Source of the DNA: Eledone cirrhosa
Taxonomy: Eukaryota
Direction: 5' to 3'
NCBI GenBank assembly: GCA_964016885.1
Contig: OZ024740.1
Span: forward strand, 57,040,001 to 57,104,000
DNA length: 64,000 nucleotides
Of the stretch, positions 52,156 through 63,616 are shown piece after piece. The number at the start of each line of letters is the position of its first letter. Position 1 is the first letter of the stretch. Made by a program: the position numbers and the translations under genes. The notes below the pieces were generated by a model. It worked only from the letters and a program-made list of their open reading frames with translations. It did not search any database and had not been told where the DNA came from.

Positions 52156-55100
52156 TTACAGATATATGCTCAGAGTAGGCCCATTCACTCGGGCCATTCT
52201 TGCTTCTCTCACCCATCTTTCAACAAAATGCTGGGAAGAGAGCACTTCCCTCTCTACTCTGATTTTCCTTTTCAAATGAAATTTGAAAAAGTCAATCAGA
52301 GCATCACCGAAGAGGTAAGTGCTCGTCTTCAGCCCTTTCAAACGTGTCCACCATACTATCTCTTTCGCCATGGCCACCAGGCAGATAAAAACTGCCTGCC
52401 CTTCCCGGCTAAAGGAGGAGGGCGGGGTAATCATCACGATGGACTCAGATGATAGCCGGATCCGTCCTAAACGCGACAGCAGGTGTTCGACATAAACCCA
52501 CAAGTCAGCAATTTTCGGACACTGGACGAGTGCGTGCAGGACGGTTTCGTCGCCCTGCGCGCATCTCGGACATGCCCGGCTGACGGCACCTCCATGCCTG
52601 TAGAGTTTATCCCGAACTGGCAAGGCTCCTCGGTAGCACTGCCAGGCCAGAGATTTCTGGAAGTTGTCCATAGGCCCTGGCCCGAAAGTTCTTCCGAAGA
52701 GATTGGCTAGTTGATTTTCGTCGACGCCTAGAGTTTCCCCAAGTACGTCGTCGCTCTTCCCCTCCACTAATCCTCTATAGAACGCCGAGGTGGAGTTTCC
52801 ACCGATCACATTGCCCGATTGGTCGAGGGCTGTGAGCGCCTGAAGACATTCCAGTCTCCAGGCGCTCCCTCTCGGTCTTCGCTTGACCCAGGACTGCAGC
52901 TCCGTCAAGGAAACGAGTTGGGGAAACACGCGTCTAGCAAACGGCGACCACACCTGATCACCGTCGAGGAAGAGGTGGAGATGTCGTAGCCTGAGCGCGT
53001 GCCTGCGCATCATCAGCCACGGCATGCCCAGCCCTCCACGTAGCGGGTGTTGACAACAGATGGACCGCCTGACCATCGGAGCGCGTCCCTTCCACAAAAA
53101 GCGAAAGAGCAAACGCTCCAGCACAGTCAGGCGAGGCTTAGGACAAGGTACGACGGTCAGGCGGTAGCAGATGACGGACGCGATGTACGCGTTAGCCACC
53201 TCCGCTCGACCTTTCAGGGATAGCTTCCTCTCGGCCCATTTCTGGGTGAGAGAAGCCACCCTGCTCGTCACCTCGTCCCAGTTTTTGTCCGTCTGGAGGT
53301 CCGGACCGAACCAGACCCCTAGCAATTTAACCGGTCCGTCCGTCCAGCGTCCGACGACGCTGTTGGACGGCATGGACCTGCCTCTCCAGGTGCCGAGCTG
53401 CAGGCCCACTGACTTTTCCTGGTTGATCATTGCTCCTGTCACCGCTTCGTATTCTCTTAGTGTAGTGCCGATCGCCTCGATGTGTTTGGCGTTCGACACC
53501 ACTACGGTGACATCGTCCGCATATGCTGATACGGATCTTCCGCATCCTAGTTCGCGCGGGACCCCCCTCAACGTCTCCAGTTTGTGCAGTAATGGCTCGA
53601 GAGTCAATACGTACAAGAGGGACGAGAGGGGACATCCTTGGCGGACCGAGCGCATGATGTTGAACGGTTCCGACAGGTGACCGTTCACTCTCACCACAGA
53701 GCAGATGTCGCTGTGCATGGCAGCGATCCAGCCTCTGAAGACGGGCCCAAAGCCAGCCGCCCTCAGGACTGCCGCTAGGTAACGATGGTCGACCCTATCG
53801 AAAGCTTTCGACTGATCTAAATTGATCAAGGACCCACCCGTGCCAGGTTCCCTAGCTACCCTCTCTACGATGTATCGCATGAGGTGGAGGTTGTCGTGGA
53901 TGGATCTGTCGGGAATGGCGCATGTCTGCGCCTCTCCCACCAGACCACCAACGACAAGCGCCAACCTCTTTGCTAGCACCTTGGCCAAAATCTTAAACTC
54001 TGTGTTTAGCAGAGTTATGGGCCGGAAATTTTCTGTTATCCCCCTTGTTCGGATCCTTTCTCAGCAGTGCCACCGCTCCTCGGCTCACAGAACTGGGAAT
54101 TCTCCCGTTCTGTTGCCAGTTGCAGTAGACGTCCGCCAAGAGGCCTCCGAACAAGTCTGGCATCTGTACGTAAAGTTCATAGGGCAGACCATCCAAACCA
54201 GGCGATTTACCCCTTGTGCAGCCAGTCATTGCCTCCCTTACTTCAGCGGCTGTTATCGGCTTTTCGCAACACTTCGCCTCAGTGGCCGAGAGCCGCGGCA
54301 GTCCGTCGAGGTAGACACTAAAGTCCATCCCTCTACCCGGCCCGCCGCTGCCCCCGAACAGCTGAGCGAAGTGTCGCTGAAAAGCTTCACACATTTGCCC
54401 GGGATCGAGTAGCATGCGCCCGTCGTGGTCCACCAAAGACCGGATCGTGGCTTTGTTGCCACGACGCGCCTCCGCCACTCGGGCCCATTGAACGGCTTTC
54501 GTCCCCTCGTGTCTGAGAGCACGCACCCTTGCTCTGACAACGCAGCCTTCGTGCTTTGCATTGAAGAATTGGTCAAGGGCCAATTTCGCCGCAAGCACGT
54601 CGGTCGCAATGCCTTTGCTAAGCGCCTCGTCTAATTTTCTAACTAGTTCTCCCTCTGCTCTATTTTTCTCTATTGCTAAAGCCTTACTAAATCTAATCGA
54701 TTCTATTCTAATCGCTCTTTTCAGAGCAAACCACCACTTGTTGTTGACGATGGCCCCCGTCAACGCCCGCTTAACTAGTTCGCTAATCCGGTCTCTGTAG
54801 GCCTTGCGCGCTGGTAAGGACGCGTTTAGCTTCCAGTAGCCGGGTCCTCGTCTATGAAGCCTATCTAAGTCAAGCACACAGATCACGAATTTGTGGTCCG
54901 TGTAGCTGACTATCTTGAATTGTGGACAGCCTATGCTAGACCTATCTATTTCCCTACAAAATACTCTATCTAGATATGATCTGGATGACCCTATGCGGTT
55001 TGTCCAAGTCCACATTGGCACATTCGGGAAATCCAATCGGTACCTGTCAGACAGTTCAAAACGCCTGAGCAGGTTGGTGAGGCTCTTGCACCCTCCACCC

Positions 55101-55573
55101 CTATCCGCTAATCCCACACAGTCCCAGCGTGCATCTAAGATCCCGTTCCAGTCGCCCACTAACACTAAAGAGCGCGACGTTCCAAGAAAGGTCTCCAGAC
55201 GCCGGAAGAAATCAGGCCGCCCTGCTCCTGTCGGGGCATAGACGGCCACTAGCCTGAAAGCTTGCCCGTCTCCGCTGGTCACGTCCAGCACCACCAGCTT
55301 ACCCTCTGGGTCCAGGAAGATGGCCCGTATGGCGAGATCCAAACCTCTCCGAAAAAGTACAGCAACTCCTCCACCGGATCCAGGACGGCTGGGAGATGCG
55401 TACACATCGTAGCCGCCGAAGATCGGTGCGAAGGCCCGTGCTTCGGAGATTCTGGTCTCGCTGATGGCCACTACATCTATGTTTAGTGACCTGAGGTCGT
55501 TGAGCAGGTGACCCTGCTTCCATGACGACCCCAAGCCACGCGCATTTATGCTGCCTATTCTGAGTGAGGTCAT
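52156..55573 (-). pseudogene. ORF2 copy 2, single frameshift
   Basis: 53993-55573 plus 52156-53988 reconstitute the ORF2 of copy 3. Confidence 0.9.
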
Positions 55574-55608
55574 GTTTAAAATAGAGTGGAAAAGATGGGA
55601 AAGACCAC

Positions 55609-57573
55609 TTACCGTACTTTTGGTAGAGGAGGGATGGTTTTTACATCCCTTTTCACTTGATCGTCTGGTGAAGGGACCGTTGAATCGTCCCTTCGGCTGG
55701 TCGTCGGCTCTTCTAAGAGAATGTCTGAGTATACTCTTCGATTGATGGTTCCTCCTAGGTCCCTGAAATCACCAACTGCGTTGGGGAATTTCGTTTTAAT
55801 ATTTGTGTATTGTTTCTGTGCTATTTTTAGCAGTCTTATGTTAGTTGGCGTTTTGATTGGTGCTGGTATTATGTAGTCCTGTTGTGAAATGTCTGTGTGT
55901 TCAATTATGTAAGTCATTAGTTTCTTGTTGTGTGTATTTATTGCCGTGCATTTGTTTTTCTGGGGGTGGGGTGTGGTTCTACTATTTTCTTGTCGTTGTT
56001 GCTGGGTGTGTGTGTTTTGTTGTTGTGTTTGCGATGTTGGTGCTTGTGGTGGTGGTGTTGAAGGTGTTGTTGGCGGTGGGGTTGTCGCCGGTGCTGATGG
56101 TGGTGCTGGTGTGGGTGGTGATGGTGTTGGTGGTGTTGCTGCTGTGGGTCTCTTTGCAGTAGACTTTACCCTTTTCTCATTTCTTTCCTCCCTTTTCAAA
56201 GGCGACGATGCGCTGCTTCTGCGTTTGTGCCTTCTTGCGACCTTTTGCCATCCCTCTCCCACCTCACACTCCATGTCTGATTCTGTAAGGTCGGGGAGGG
56301 GTACCAGCTCCACTCTTTCACTTGTTGTTGTTGGTGATGTTTGCACTGGAGTCTCTGTTGCAGCTGCATTTGGTATTGCTGTTGTTGTTGTTAATATTTC
56401 CACTGCTGCTGCTGTCTTTGATTTCCGTGGAGTGGGTATGGGTGCCACGGACCTATCGTTCCTGGTTGCCGCTTGTCCTGTTGCTGGTAGCCGTGAAGCC
56501 GGATTCGGAAGGAGGGGGGTTTTCTCCTTTCTCAGGGTCTTCTCGTTGCAGAAGGCCCTGAGGTGAGTCTTCGATCCACAGCGAAAGCATTTCGGGCGTT
56601 TGCCCTCAACACTTATGGGCAGTTGAGTGCCGTTATCGAAGTCTATCACATCCGGGATAGCTTCGATGCACTCCTGGTTGGTTTGGATTAACATCTCAAT
56701 GGAGGTGCCGATCCAATCTTCTCTTACTTTTTTCTGTACTTGCAGTACAGTTGTTTTGTCCTCGATTCCGACGAGGCCAGACGCGGTTAGCCAAGAAGGG
56801 GCCATCCCGGGGGGGACGTGGGTCAGTTTGACCCTCACAATTGTTGCCCGCAGTAGGAGGGCACCAACACTATTTCCTCGCTCATTAGGGTCACTAAGGA
56901 TTGAGCCTTTGCCTCCTGGGGTGTGGCAAAAAGCACGTCTACGGTGGCATATTTCTTGCCTCGGGTGATATGCGTTTTCCGCTGCCACACAGACCCTAAG
57001 GCTTTTTTGCATTTGAGCCTCTGTGGCTCTTTCAACCCTACGGGATTTTGTGCTTACTGTACGGTACGTGACCGTACAGTGCTGTTGGGTTTCGAACAAT
57101 TTTTCCGCTGCCTTGCAGATTGCTCGGTGTCCGGTTTTCGTCACCATCTTCTTCGCTTCCTCTAATTCTTCATTTGTTATGAGGATGGTTTCCAGGTTCT
57201 TTGCGATACCTGCAAATAAGATTGGTTTTTCTTTGCTGCTGCTGTTGTTGTTGTTGTTGTCGTCAGAGCTGCTGTTACTTTTGTTGTTGCTGCAGGTACT
57301 ACGACTACTGCCGCCGGCGCTGTTGCTGTGGTTGTTGTTGTTGTTGCTGCTGCTGCTGTTGTTGTTGCTGTTGGTGCTAATGCTGTTGTTGTTTATGCTG
57401 CTGCTGATGCTGTTGCGGCTGCTACTGTTGTTTTCCTTGTCACTTTTGCTGCGGCTGCTGTTATTACGGCTGCTACTGCTATTATTCATGACGTCAGACG
57501 AATGAAATGGGTTTTCGTATTTCCCGCACACCTTTTTCGTCGTTGTCGTCGTCGTCGTGGAGAAATGTTGCAC
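55609..57573 (-). CDS. ORF1 copy 2
   Basis: CCHC knuckle; carries the same compensated frameshift as copy 1. Confidence 0.75.
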   Translation of the reverse strand: MQHFSTTTTTTTKKVCGKYENPFHSSDVMNNSSSSRNNSSRSKSDKENNSSSRNSISSSINNNSISTNSNNNSSSSNNNNNHSNSAGGSSRSTCSNNKSNSSSDDNNNNNSSSKEKPILFAGIAKNLETILITNEELEEAKKMVTKTGHRAICKAAEKLFETQQHCTVTYRTVSTKSRRVERATEAQMQKSLRVCVAAENAYHPRQEICHRRRAFCHTPGGKGSILSDPNERGNSVGALLLRATIVRVKLTHVPPGMAPSWLTASGLVGIEDKTTVLQVQKKVREDWIGTSIEMLIQTNQECIEAIPDVIDFDNGTQLPISVEGKRPKCFRCGSKTHLRAFCNEKTLRKEKTPLLPNPASRLPATGQAATRNDRSVAPIPTPRKSKTAAAVEILTTTTAIPNAAATETPVQTSPTTTSERVELVPLPDLTESDMECEVGEGWQKVARRHKRRSSASSPLKREERNEKRVKSTAKRPTAATPPTPSPPTPAPPSAPATTPPPTTPSTPPPQAPTSQTQQQNTHTQQQRQENSRTTPHPQKNKCTAINTHNKKLMTYIIEHTDISQQDYIIPAPIKTPTNIRLLKIAQKQYTNIKTKFPNAVGDFRDLGGTINRRVYSDILLEEPTTSRRDDSTVPSPDDQVKRDVKTIPPLPKVR

Positions 57574-58232
57574 GCTTTCTACGTGATTTTACTTTACTGG
57601 CGTGGCTTGCGAAAGAGAAGGGAGGGAGAGAGACAATCTTCTCTCTGCTGTAGTGACGATTGAGGAAGAAGAAGACGGAATGAGTGACCTATGAAAATTC
57701 TTTTTCGTAGCCATGTTTTTTTTTGTTTAAAATAAATATTGGGCACAAAACCCCAATAAGCGGTTATTTAACCCCGAAGGGCCAAATAACGGGCAGAAAG
57801 ACCCCTCTCACGAGGAGGAGGGTGTTTTTGTCTACAATTTGGTTAAAGTTTTAAACAATTTACAATTGTTATAGCGGTCAAAATTTACAATACCTTACAG
57901 AGCCGCGCCTCCGTCAACCATAGCATTCAATAATAATAATAATAATAATAATAACAACGATAATAATAACGATTTCTTTATTAACCACAAGGGTTTACAT
58001 AAAGTAGACATTAAGGACAGTGCAGGACAATGCAGGACGGTACAAATGGGCATTTCTGCGTGTAAAAAAACAAAAACAGAGGATGTAACAAAAATAACAA
58101 TGAAAATAACAATGAAAAATTCCCCAATAGGGGGGAGACTTCGGAGGAACATTTGTGGAGAAAGCCCAGTAAAAAGCCACAATGACCCTGACCACCAAGG
58201 CAAGTGCCCTCTCCCAGTTTTCCACCTTTAGT

Positions 58233-61200
58233 TTACAGATATATACTCAGAGTCGGCCCATTCACTCGGGCCATTCTTGCTTCTCTCACCCATCTTTCAA
58301 CAAAATGCTGGGAAGAGAGCACTTCCTTCTCTACTCTGATTTTCCTTTTCAAATGAAATTTGAAAAAGTCAATCAGAGCATCACCGAAGAGGTAAGTGCT
58401 CGTCTTCAGCCCTTTCAAACGTGTCCACCATACTATCTCTTTCGCCATGGCCACCAGACAGATAAAAACTGCCTGCCCTTCCCGGCTAAAGGAGGAGGGC
58501 GGGGCAATCCTCACGATAGACTCAGATGATAGCTGGATCCGTCCTAAACGCGACAGCAGGTGTTCGACATAAACCCACAAGTCAGCAATTTTCGGACACT
58601 GGACGAGTGCGTGCAGGACGGTTTCGTCGCCCTGCGCGCATCTCGGACATGCCCGGCTGACGGCACCTCCATGCCTGTAGAGTTTATCCCGAACTGGCAA
58701 GGCTCCTCGGTAGCACTGCCAGGCCAGAGATTTCTGGAAGTTGTCCATAGGCCCTGGCCCGAAAGTTCTTCCGAAGAGATTGGCTAGTTGATTTTCGTCG
58801 ACGCCTAGAGTTTCCCCAAGTACGTCGTCGCTCTTCCCCTCCACTAATCCTCTATAGAACGCCGAGGTGGAGTTTCCACCGATCACATTGCCCGATTGGT
58901 CGAGGGCTGTGAGCGCCTGAAGACATTCCAGTCTCCAGGCGCTCCCTCTCGGTCTTCGCTTGACCCAGGACTGCAGCTCCGTCAAGGAAACGAGCTGGGG
59001 AAAAACGCGTCTAGCAAACGGCGACCACACCTGATCACCGTCGAGGAAGAGGTGGAGATGTCGTAGCCTGAGCGCGTGCCTGCGCATCATCAGCCACGGC
59101 ATGCCCAGCCCTCCACGTAGCGGGTGTTGACAACAGATGGACCGCCTGACCATCGGAGCACGTCCCTTCCACAAAAAGCGAAAGAGCAAACGCTCCAGCG
59201 CAGTCAGGCGAGGCTTAGGACAAGGTACGACGGTTAGGCGGTAGCAGATGACAGACGCGATGTACGCGTTAGCCACCTCCGCTCGACCTTTCAGGGATAG
59301 CTTCCTCTCCGCCCATTTCTGGGTGAGAGAAGCCACCCTGCTCGTCACCTCGTCCCAGTTTTTGTCCGTCTGGAGGTCCGGACCGAACCAGACCCCTAGC
59401 AATTTAACCGGTCCGTCCGTCCAGCGCCCGACGACGCTGTTGGACGGCATGGACCTGCCTCTCCAGGTGCCGAGCTGCAGGCCCACTGACTTTTCCTGGT
59501 TGATCATTGCTCCTGTCACCGCTTCGTATTCTCTTAGTGTAGTGCCGATCGCCTCGATGTGTTTGGCGTTCGACACCACTACGGTGACATCGTCCGCATA
59601 TGCTGACACGGATCTTCCGCATCCTAGTTCGCGCGGGACTCCCCTCAACGTCTCCAGTTTGTGCAGTAATGGCTCGAGAGTCAATACGTACAAGAGGGAC
59701 GAGAGGGGACATCCTTGGCGGACCGAGCGCATGATGTTGAACGGTTCCGACAGGTGACCGTTCACTCTCACCACAGAGCAGATGTCGCTGTGCATGGCAG
59801 CGATCCAGCCTCTGAAGACGGGCCCAAAGCCAGCCGCCCTCAGGACTGCCGCTAGGTAACGATGGTCGACCCTATCGAAAGCTTTCGACTGATCTAAATT
59901 GATCAAGGACCCACCCGTGCCAGGTTCCCTAGCTACCCTCTCTACGATGTATCGCATGAGGTGGAGGTTGTCGTGGATGGATCTGTCGGGAATGGCGCAT
60001 GTCTGCGCCTCTCCCACCAGACCACCAACGACAAGCGCCAACCTCTTTGCTAGCACCTTGGCCAAAATCTTAAACTCTGTGTTTAGCAGAGTTATGGGCC
60101 GGAAATTGTCTATGTTATCCCCCTTGTTCGGATCCTTTCTCAGCAGTGCCACCGCTCCTCGGCTCACAGAACTGGGAATTCTCCCGTTCTGTTGCCAGTT
60201 GCAGTAGACGTCCGCCAAGAGGCCTCCGAACAAGTCTGGCATCTGTACGTAAAGTTCATAGGGCAGACCATCCAAACCAGGCGATTTACCCCTTGTGCAG
60301 CCAGTCATTGCCTCCCGTACTTCAGCGGCTGTTATCGGCTTTTCGCAACACTTCGCCTCAGTGGCCGAGAGCCGCGGCAGTCCGTCGAGGTAGACACTAA
60401 AGTCCATCCCTCTACCCGGCCCCCCGCTGCCCCCGAACAGCTGAGCGAAGTGTCGCTGAAAAGCTTCACACATTTGCCCGGGATCGAGTAGCATGCGCCC
60501 GTCGTGGTCCACCAAAGACCGGATCGTGGCTTTGTTGCCACGACGCGCCTCCGCCACTCGGGCCCATTGAACGGCTTTCGTCCCCTCGTGTCTGAGAGCA
60601 CGCACCCTAGCTCTGACAACGCAGCCTTCGTGCTTTGCATTGAAGAATTGGTCAAGGGCCAATTTCGCCGCAAGCACGTCGGTCGCAATGCCTTTGCTAA
60701 GCGCCTCGTCTAATTTTCTAACTAGTTCTCCCTCTGCTCTATTTTTCTCTATTGTTAAAGCCTTACTAAACCTAATCGATTCTATTCTAATCGCTCTTTT
60801 CAGAGCAAACCACCACTTGTTGTTGACGATGGCCCCCGTCAACGCCCGCTTAACTAGTTCGCTAATCCGGTCTCTGTAGGCCTTGCGCGCTGGTAAGGAC
60901 GCGTTTAGCTTCCAGTAGCCGGGTCCTCGTCTATGAAGCCTATCTAAGTCAAGCACACAGATCACGAATTTGTGGTCCGTGTAGCTGACTATCTTGAATT
61001 GTGGACAGCCTATGCTAGACCTATCTATTTCCCTACAAAATACTCTATCTAGATATGATCTGGATGACCCTATGCGGTTTGTCCAAGTCCACATTGGCAC
61101 ATTCGGGAAATCCAATCGGTACCTGTCAGACAGTTCAAAACGCCTGAGCAGGTTGGTGAGGCTCTTGCACCCTCCACCCCTATCCGCTAATCCCACACAG

Positions 61201-61652
61201 TCCCAGCGTGCATCTAAGATCCCGTTCCAGTCGCCCACTAACACTAAAGAGCGCGACGTTCCAAGAAAGGTCTCCAGACGCCGGAAGAAATCAGGCCGCC
61301 CTGCTCCTGTCGGGGCATAGACGGCCACTAGCCTGAAAGCTTGCCCGTCTCCGCTGGTCACGTCCAGCACCACCAGCTTACCCTCTGGGTCCAGGAAGAT
61401 GGCCCGTATGGCGAGATCCAAACCTCTCCGAAAAAGCACAGCAACTCCTCCACCCGATCCAGGACGGCTGGGAGATGCGTACACATCGTAGCCGCCGAAG
61501 ATCGGTGCGAAGGCCCGTGCTTCGGAGATTCTGGTCTCGCTGATGGCCACTACATCTATGTTTAGTGACCTGAGGTCGTTGAGCAGGTGACCCTGCTTCC
61601 ATGACGACCCCAAGCCACGCGCATTTATGCTGCCTATTCTGAGTGAGGTCAT
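58233..61652 (-). CDS. ORF2: APE endonuclease, reverse transcriptase and C-terminal CCHC (1139 aa)
   Basis: SINARGL, ISETR, VYAP, GDWNG, LDRVF, TDHK; GPGYWKLN; LDQSKAFDRVDH, VRQGCPLS, YADDV, KLLG; CPRC..ETVLHALVQC, typical of L1/Tx1 ORF2. Confidence 0.96.
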   Translation of the reverse strand: MTSLRIGSINARGLGSSWKQGHLLNDLRSLNIDVVAISETRISEARAFAPIFGGYDVYASPSRPGSGGGVAVLFRRGLDLAIRAIFLDPEGKLVVLDVTSGDGQAFRLVAVYAPTGAGRPDFFRRLETFLGTSRSLVLVGDWNGILDARWDCVGLADRGGGCKSLTNLLRRFELSDRYRLDFPNVPMWTWTNRIGSSRSYLDRVFCREIDRSSIGCPQFKIVSYTDHKFVICVLDLDRLHRRGPGYWKLNASLPARKAYRDRISELVKRALTGAIVNNKWWFALKRAIRIESIRFSKALTIEKNRAEGELVRKLDEALSKGIATDVLAAKLALDQFFNAKHEGCVVRARVRALRHEGTKAVQWARVAEARRGNKATIRSLVDHDGRMLLDPGQMCEAFQRHFAQLFGGSGGPGRGMDFSVYLDGLPRLSATEAKCCEKPITAAEVREAMTGCTRGKSPGLDGLPYELYVQMPDLFGGLLADVYCNWQQNGRIPSSVSRGAVALLRKDPNKGDNIDNFRPITLLNTEFKILAKVLAKRLALVVGGLVGEAQTCAIPDRSIHDNLHLMRYIVERVAREPGTGGSLINLDQSKAFDRVDHRYLAAVLRAAGFGPVFRGWIAAMHSDICSVVRVNGHLSEPFNIMRSVRQGCPLSSLLYVLTLEPLLHKLETLRGVPRELGCGRSVSAYADDVTVVVSNAKHIEAIGTTLREYEAVTGAMINQEKSVGLQLGTWRGRSMPSNSVVGRWTDGPVKLLGVWFGPDLQTDKNWDEVTSRVASLTQKWAERKLSLKGRAEVANAYIASVICYRLTVVPCPKPRLTALERLLFRFLWKGRAPMVRRSICCQHPLRGGLGMPWLMMRRHALRLRHLHLFLDGDQVWSPFARRVFPQLVSLTELQSWVKRRPRGSAWRLECLQALTALDQSGNVIGGNSTSAFYRGLVEGKSDDVLGETLGVDENQLANLFGRTFGPGPMDNFQKSLAWQCYRGALPVRDKLYRHGGAVSRACPRCAQGDETVLHALVQCPKIADLWVYVEHLLSRLGRIQLSSESIVRIAPPSSFSREGQAVFICLVAMAKEIVWWTRLKGLKTSTYLFGDALIDFFKFHLKRKIRVEKEVLSSQHFVERWVREARMARVNGPTLSIYL

Positions 61653-61687
61653 GTTTAAAATAGAGTGGAAAAGATGGGAAAGACCAC

Positions 61688-63616
61688 TTACCGTATTTTT
61701 GGTAGAGGAGGGATGGTTTTTACATCCCTTTTCACTTGATCGTCTGGTGAAGGGACCGTTGAATCGTCCCTTCGGCTGGTCGTCGGCTCTTCTAAGAGAA
61801 TGTCTGAATATACTCTTCGATTAATGGTTCCTCCTAGGTCCCTGAAATCACCAACTGCGTTGGGGAATTTCGTTTTAATGTTTGTGTATTGTTTCTGTGC
61901 TATTTTTAGCAGTCTTATGTTAGTTGGCGTTTTGATTGGTGCTGGTATTATGTAGTCCTGTTGTGAAATGTCTGTGTGTTCAATTATGTAAGTCATTAGT
62001 TTCTTGTTGTGTGTGTTTATTGCCGTGCATTTGTTTTTCTGGGGGTGGGGTGTGGTTCTGCTATTTTCTTGTCGTTGTTGCTGGGTGTGTGTGTTTTGTT
62101 GTTGTGTTTGCGATGTTGGTGCTTGTGGTGGTGGTGTTGAAGGTGTTGTTGGCGGTGGGGTTGTCGCCGGTGGTGATGGTGGTGCTGGTGTGGGTGGTGA
62201 TGGTGTTGGTGGTGTTGCTGCTGTGGGTCTCTTTGCAGTAGACTTTACCCTTTTCTCATTTCTTTCCTCCCTTTTCAAAGGCGACGATGCGCTGCTTCTG
62301 CGTTTGTGCCTTCTTGAGACCTTTTGCCATCCCTCTCCCACCTCACACTCCATGTCTGATTCTGTGAGGTCGGGGAGGGGTACCAACTCCACTCTTTCAC
62401 TTGTTGTTGTTGGTGATGTTTGCACTGGAGTCTCTGTTGCAGCTGCATTTGGTATTGCTGTTGTTGTTGTTAGTATTTCCACTGCTGCTGCTGTTTTTGA
62501 TTTCCGTGGAGTGGGTATGGGTGCCACGGGCCTATCGTTCCTGGTTGCCGCTTGTCCTGTTGCTGGTAGCCGTGGAGCCGGATTCGGAAGGAGGGGGGTT
62601 TTCTCCTTTCTCAGGGTCTTCTCGTTGCAGAAGGCCCTGAGGTGAGTCTTCGATCCACAGCGAAAGCATTTCGGGCGTTTGCCCTCAACACTTATGGGCA
62701 GTTGAGTGCCGTTATCGAAGTCTATCACATCCGGGATAGCTTCGATGCACTCCTGGTTGGTTTGGATTAGCATCTCAATGGAGGAGCCGACCCAATCTTC
62801 TCTTACTTTTTTCTGTACTTGCAGTACAGTTGTTTTGTCCTCGATTCCGACGAGGACAGACGCGGCCAGCCAAGAAGGGGTCATTCCGGGGGGGACGTGG
62901 GTCAGTTTGACCCTCACAATTTTTTGCCCACAGTAGGAGGGCACCAACACCATTTCCTCGCTCCTTAGGGTCACTACTGATTGGGCCTTTGCCTCCTGGG
63001 GTGTGGCAAAAAGTACGTCTACGGTGGCATATTTTTTGCCTCGGGTGATGTGCGTTTTCCGCTGCCACACAGACCCCAAGGCTTTTTGTATTTGGGCCTC
63101 TGTGGCTCTTTCCACCCTACGGGATTTTGTACTTACTGTACGGTACGTGACCGTACAGTGCTCTTGGGTTTCGAAAAAATTTTTCGCTGCCTTGCAGATT
63201 GCTCGGTGTCCGTTCTTTGTCACCATCTTCTTCGCTTCCTCTAATTCCTCATTTGTTATGAGGATTGTTTCCAAATTTTTCGCAATACCTGCAAATGAGA
63301 TTGGTTTTTCTCTGCTGTTGTTGTTGTCGTCAGAGCTGCTGGTACTTTTGTTGTTGCTGCAGGTACTACGACTACTGCCTCCGCCGCTGTTGCTGTGGTT
63401 GTTGTTGGTGTTGCTGCTGCTAATGCTGTTGTTGTTTATGCTGCTGCTGATGCTGTTGCGGCTGCTACTGTTGTTTTCCTTGTCACTTTTGCTGCGGCTG
63501 CTGTTATTACGGCTGCTACTGCTATTATTCATGACGTCAGACGAATGAAATGGGTTTTCGTATTTCCCGCACACCTTTTTCGTCGTTGTCGTCGTCGTCG
63601 TGGAGAAATGTTGCAC
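61688..63616 (-). CDS. ORF1 copy 3 (N/S-rich N-terminus, putative RRM-like region, CCHC knuckle, Pro/Thr-rich region)
   Basis: CFRCGSKTHLRAFC; start uncertain because of an upstream in-frame ATG followed by TAA. Confidence 0.8.
   Translation of the reverse strand: MQHFSTTTTTTTKKVCGKYENPFHSSDVMNNSSSSRNNSSRSKSDKENNSSSRNSISSSINNNSISSSNTNNNHSNSGGGSSRSTCSNNKSTSSSDDNNNSREKPISFAGIAKNLETILITNEELEEAKKMVTKNGHRAICKAAKNFFETQEHCTVTYRTVSTKSRRVERATEAQIQKALGSVWQRKTHITRGKKYATVDVLFATPQEAKAQSVVTLRSEEMVLVPSYCGQKIVRVKLTHVPPGMTPSWLAASVLVGIEDKTTVLQVQKKVREDWVGSSIEMLIQTNQECIEAIPDVIDFDNGTQLPISVEGKRPKCFRCGSKTHLRAFCNEKTLRKEKTPLLPNPAPRLPATGQAATRNDRPVAPIPTPRKSKTAAAVEILTTTTAIPNAAATETPVQTSPTTTSERVELVPLPDLTESDMECEVGEGWQKVSRRHKRRSSASSPLKREERNEKRVKSTAKRPTAATPPTPSPPTPAPPSPPATTPPPTTPSTPPPQAPTSQTQQQNTHTQQQRQENSRTTPHPQKNKCTAINTHNKKLMTYIIEHTDISQQDYIIPAPIKTPTNIRLLKIAQKQYTNIKTKFPNAVGDFRDLGGTINRRVYSDILLEEPTTSRRDDSTVPSPDDQVKRDVKTIPPLPKIR

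Larger units (their letters stand above)
51906..57928 (-). mobile_element. L1/Tx1-like retrotransposon copy 2
   Basis: ORF1 55609-57573; ORF2 split by a small deletion near 54030. Confidence 0.95.
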
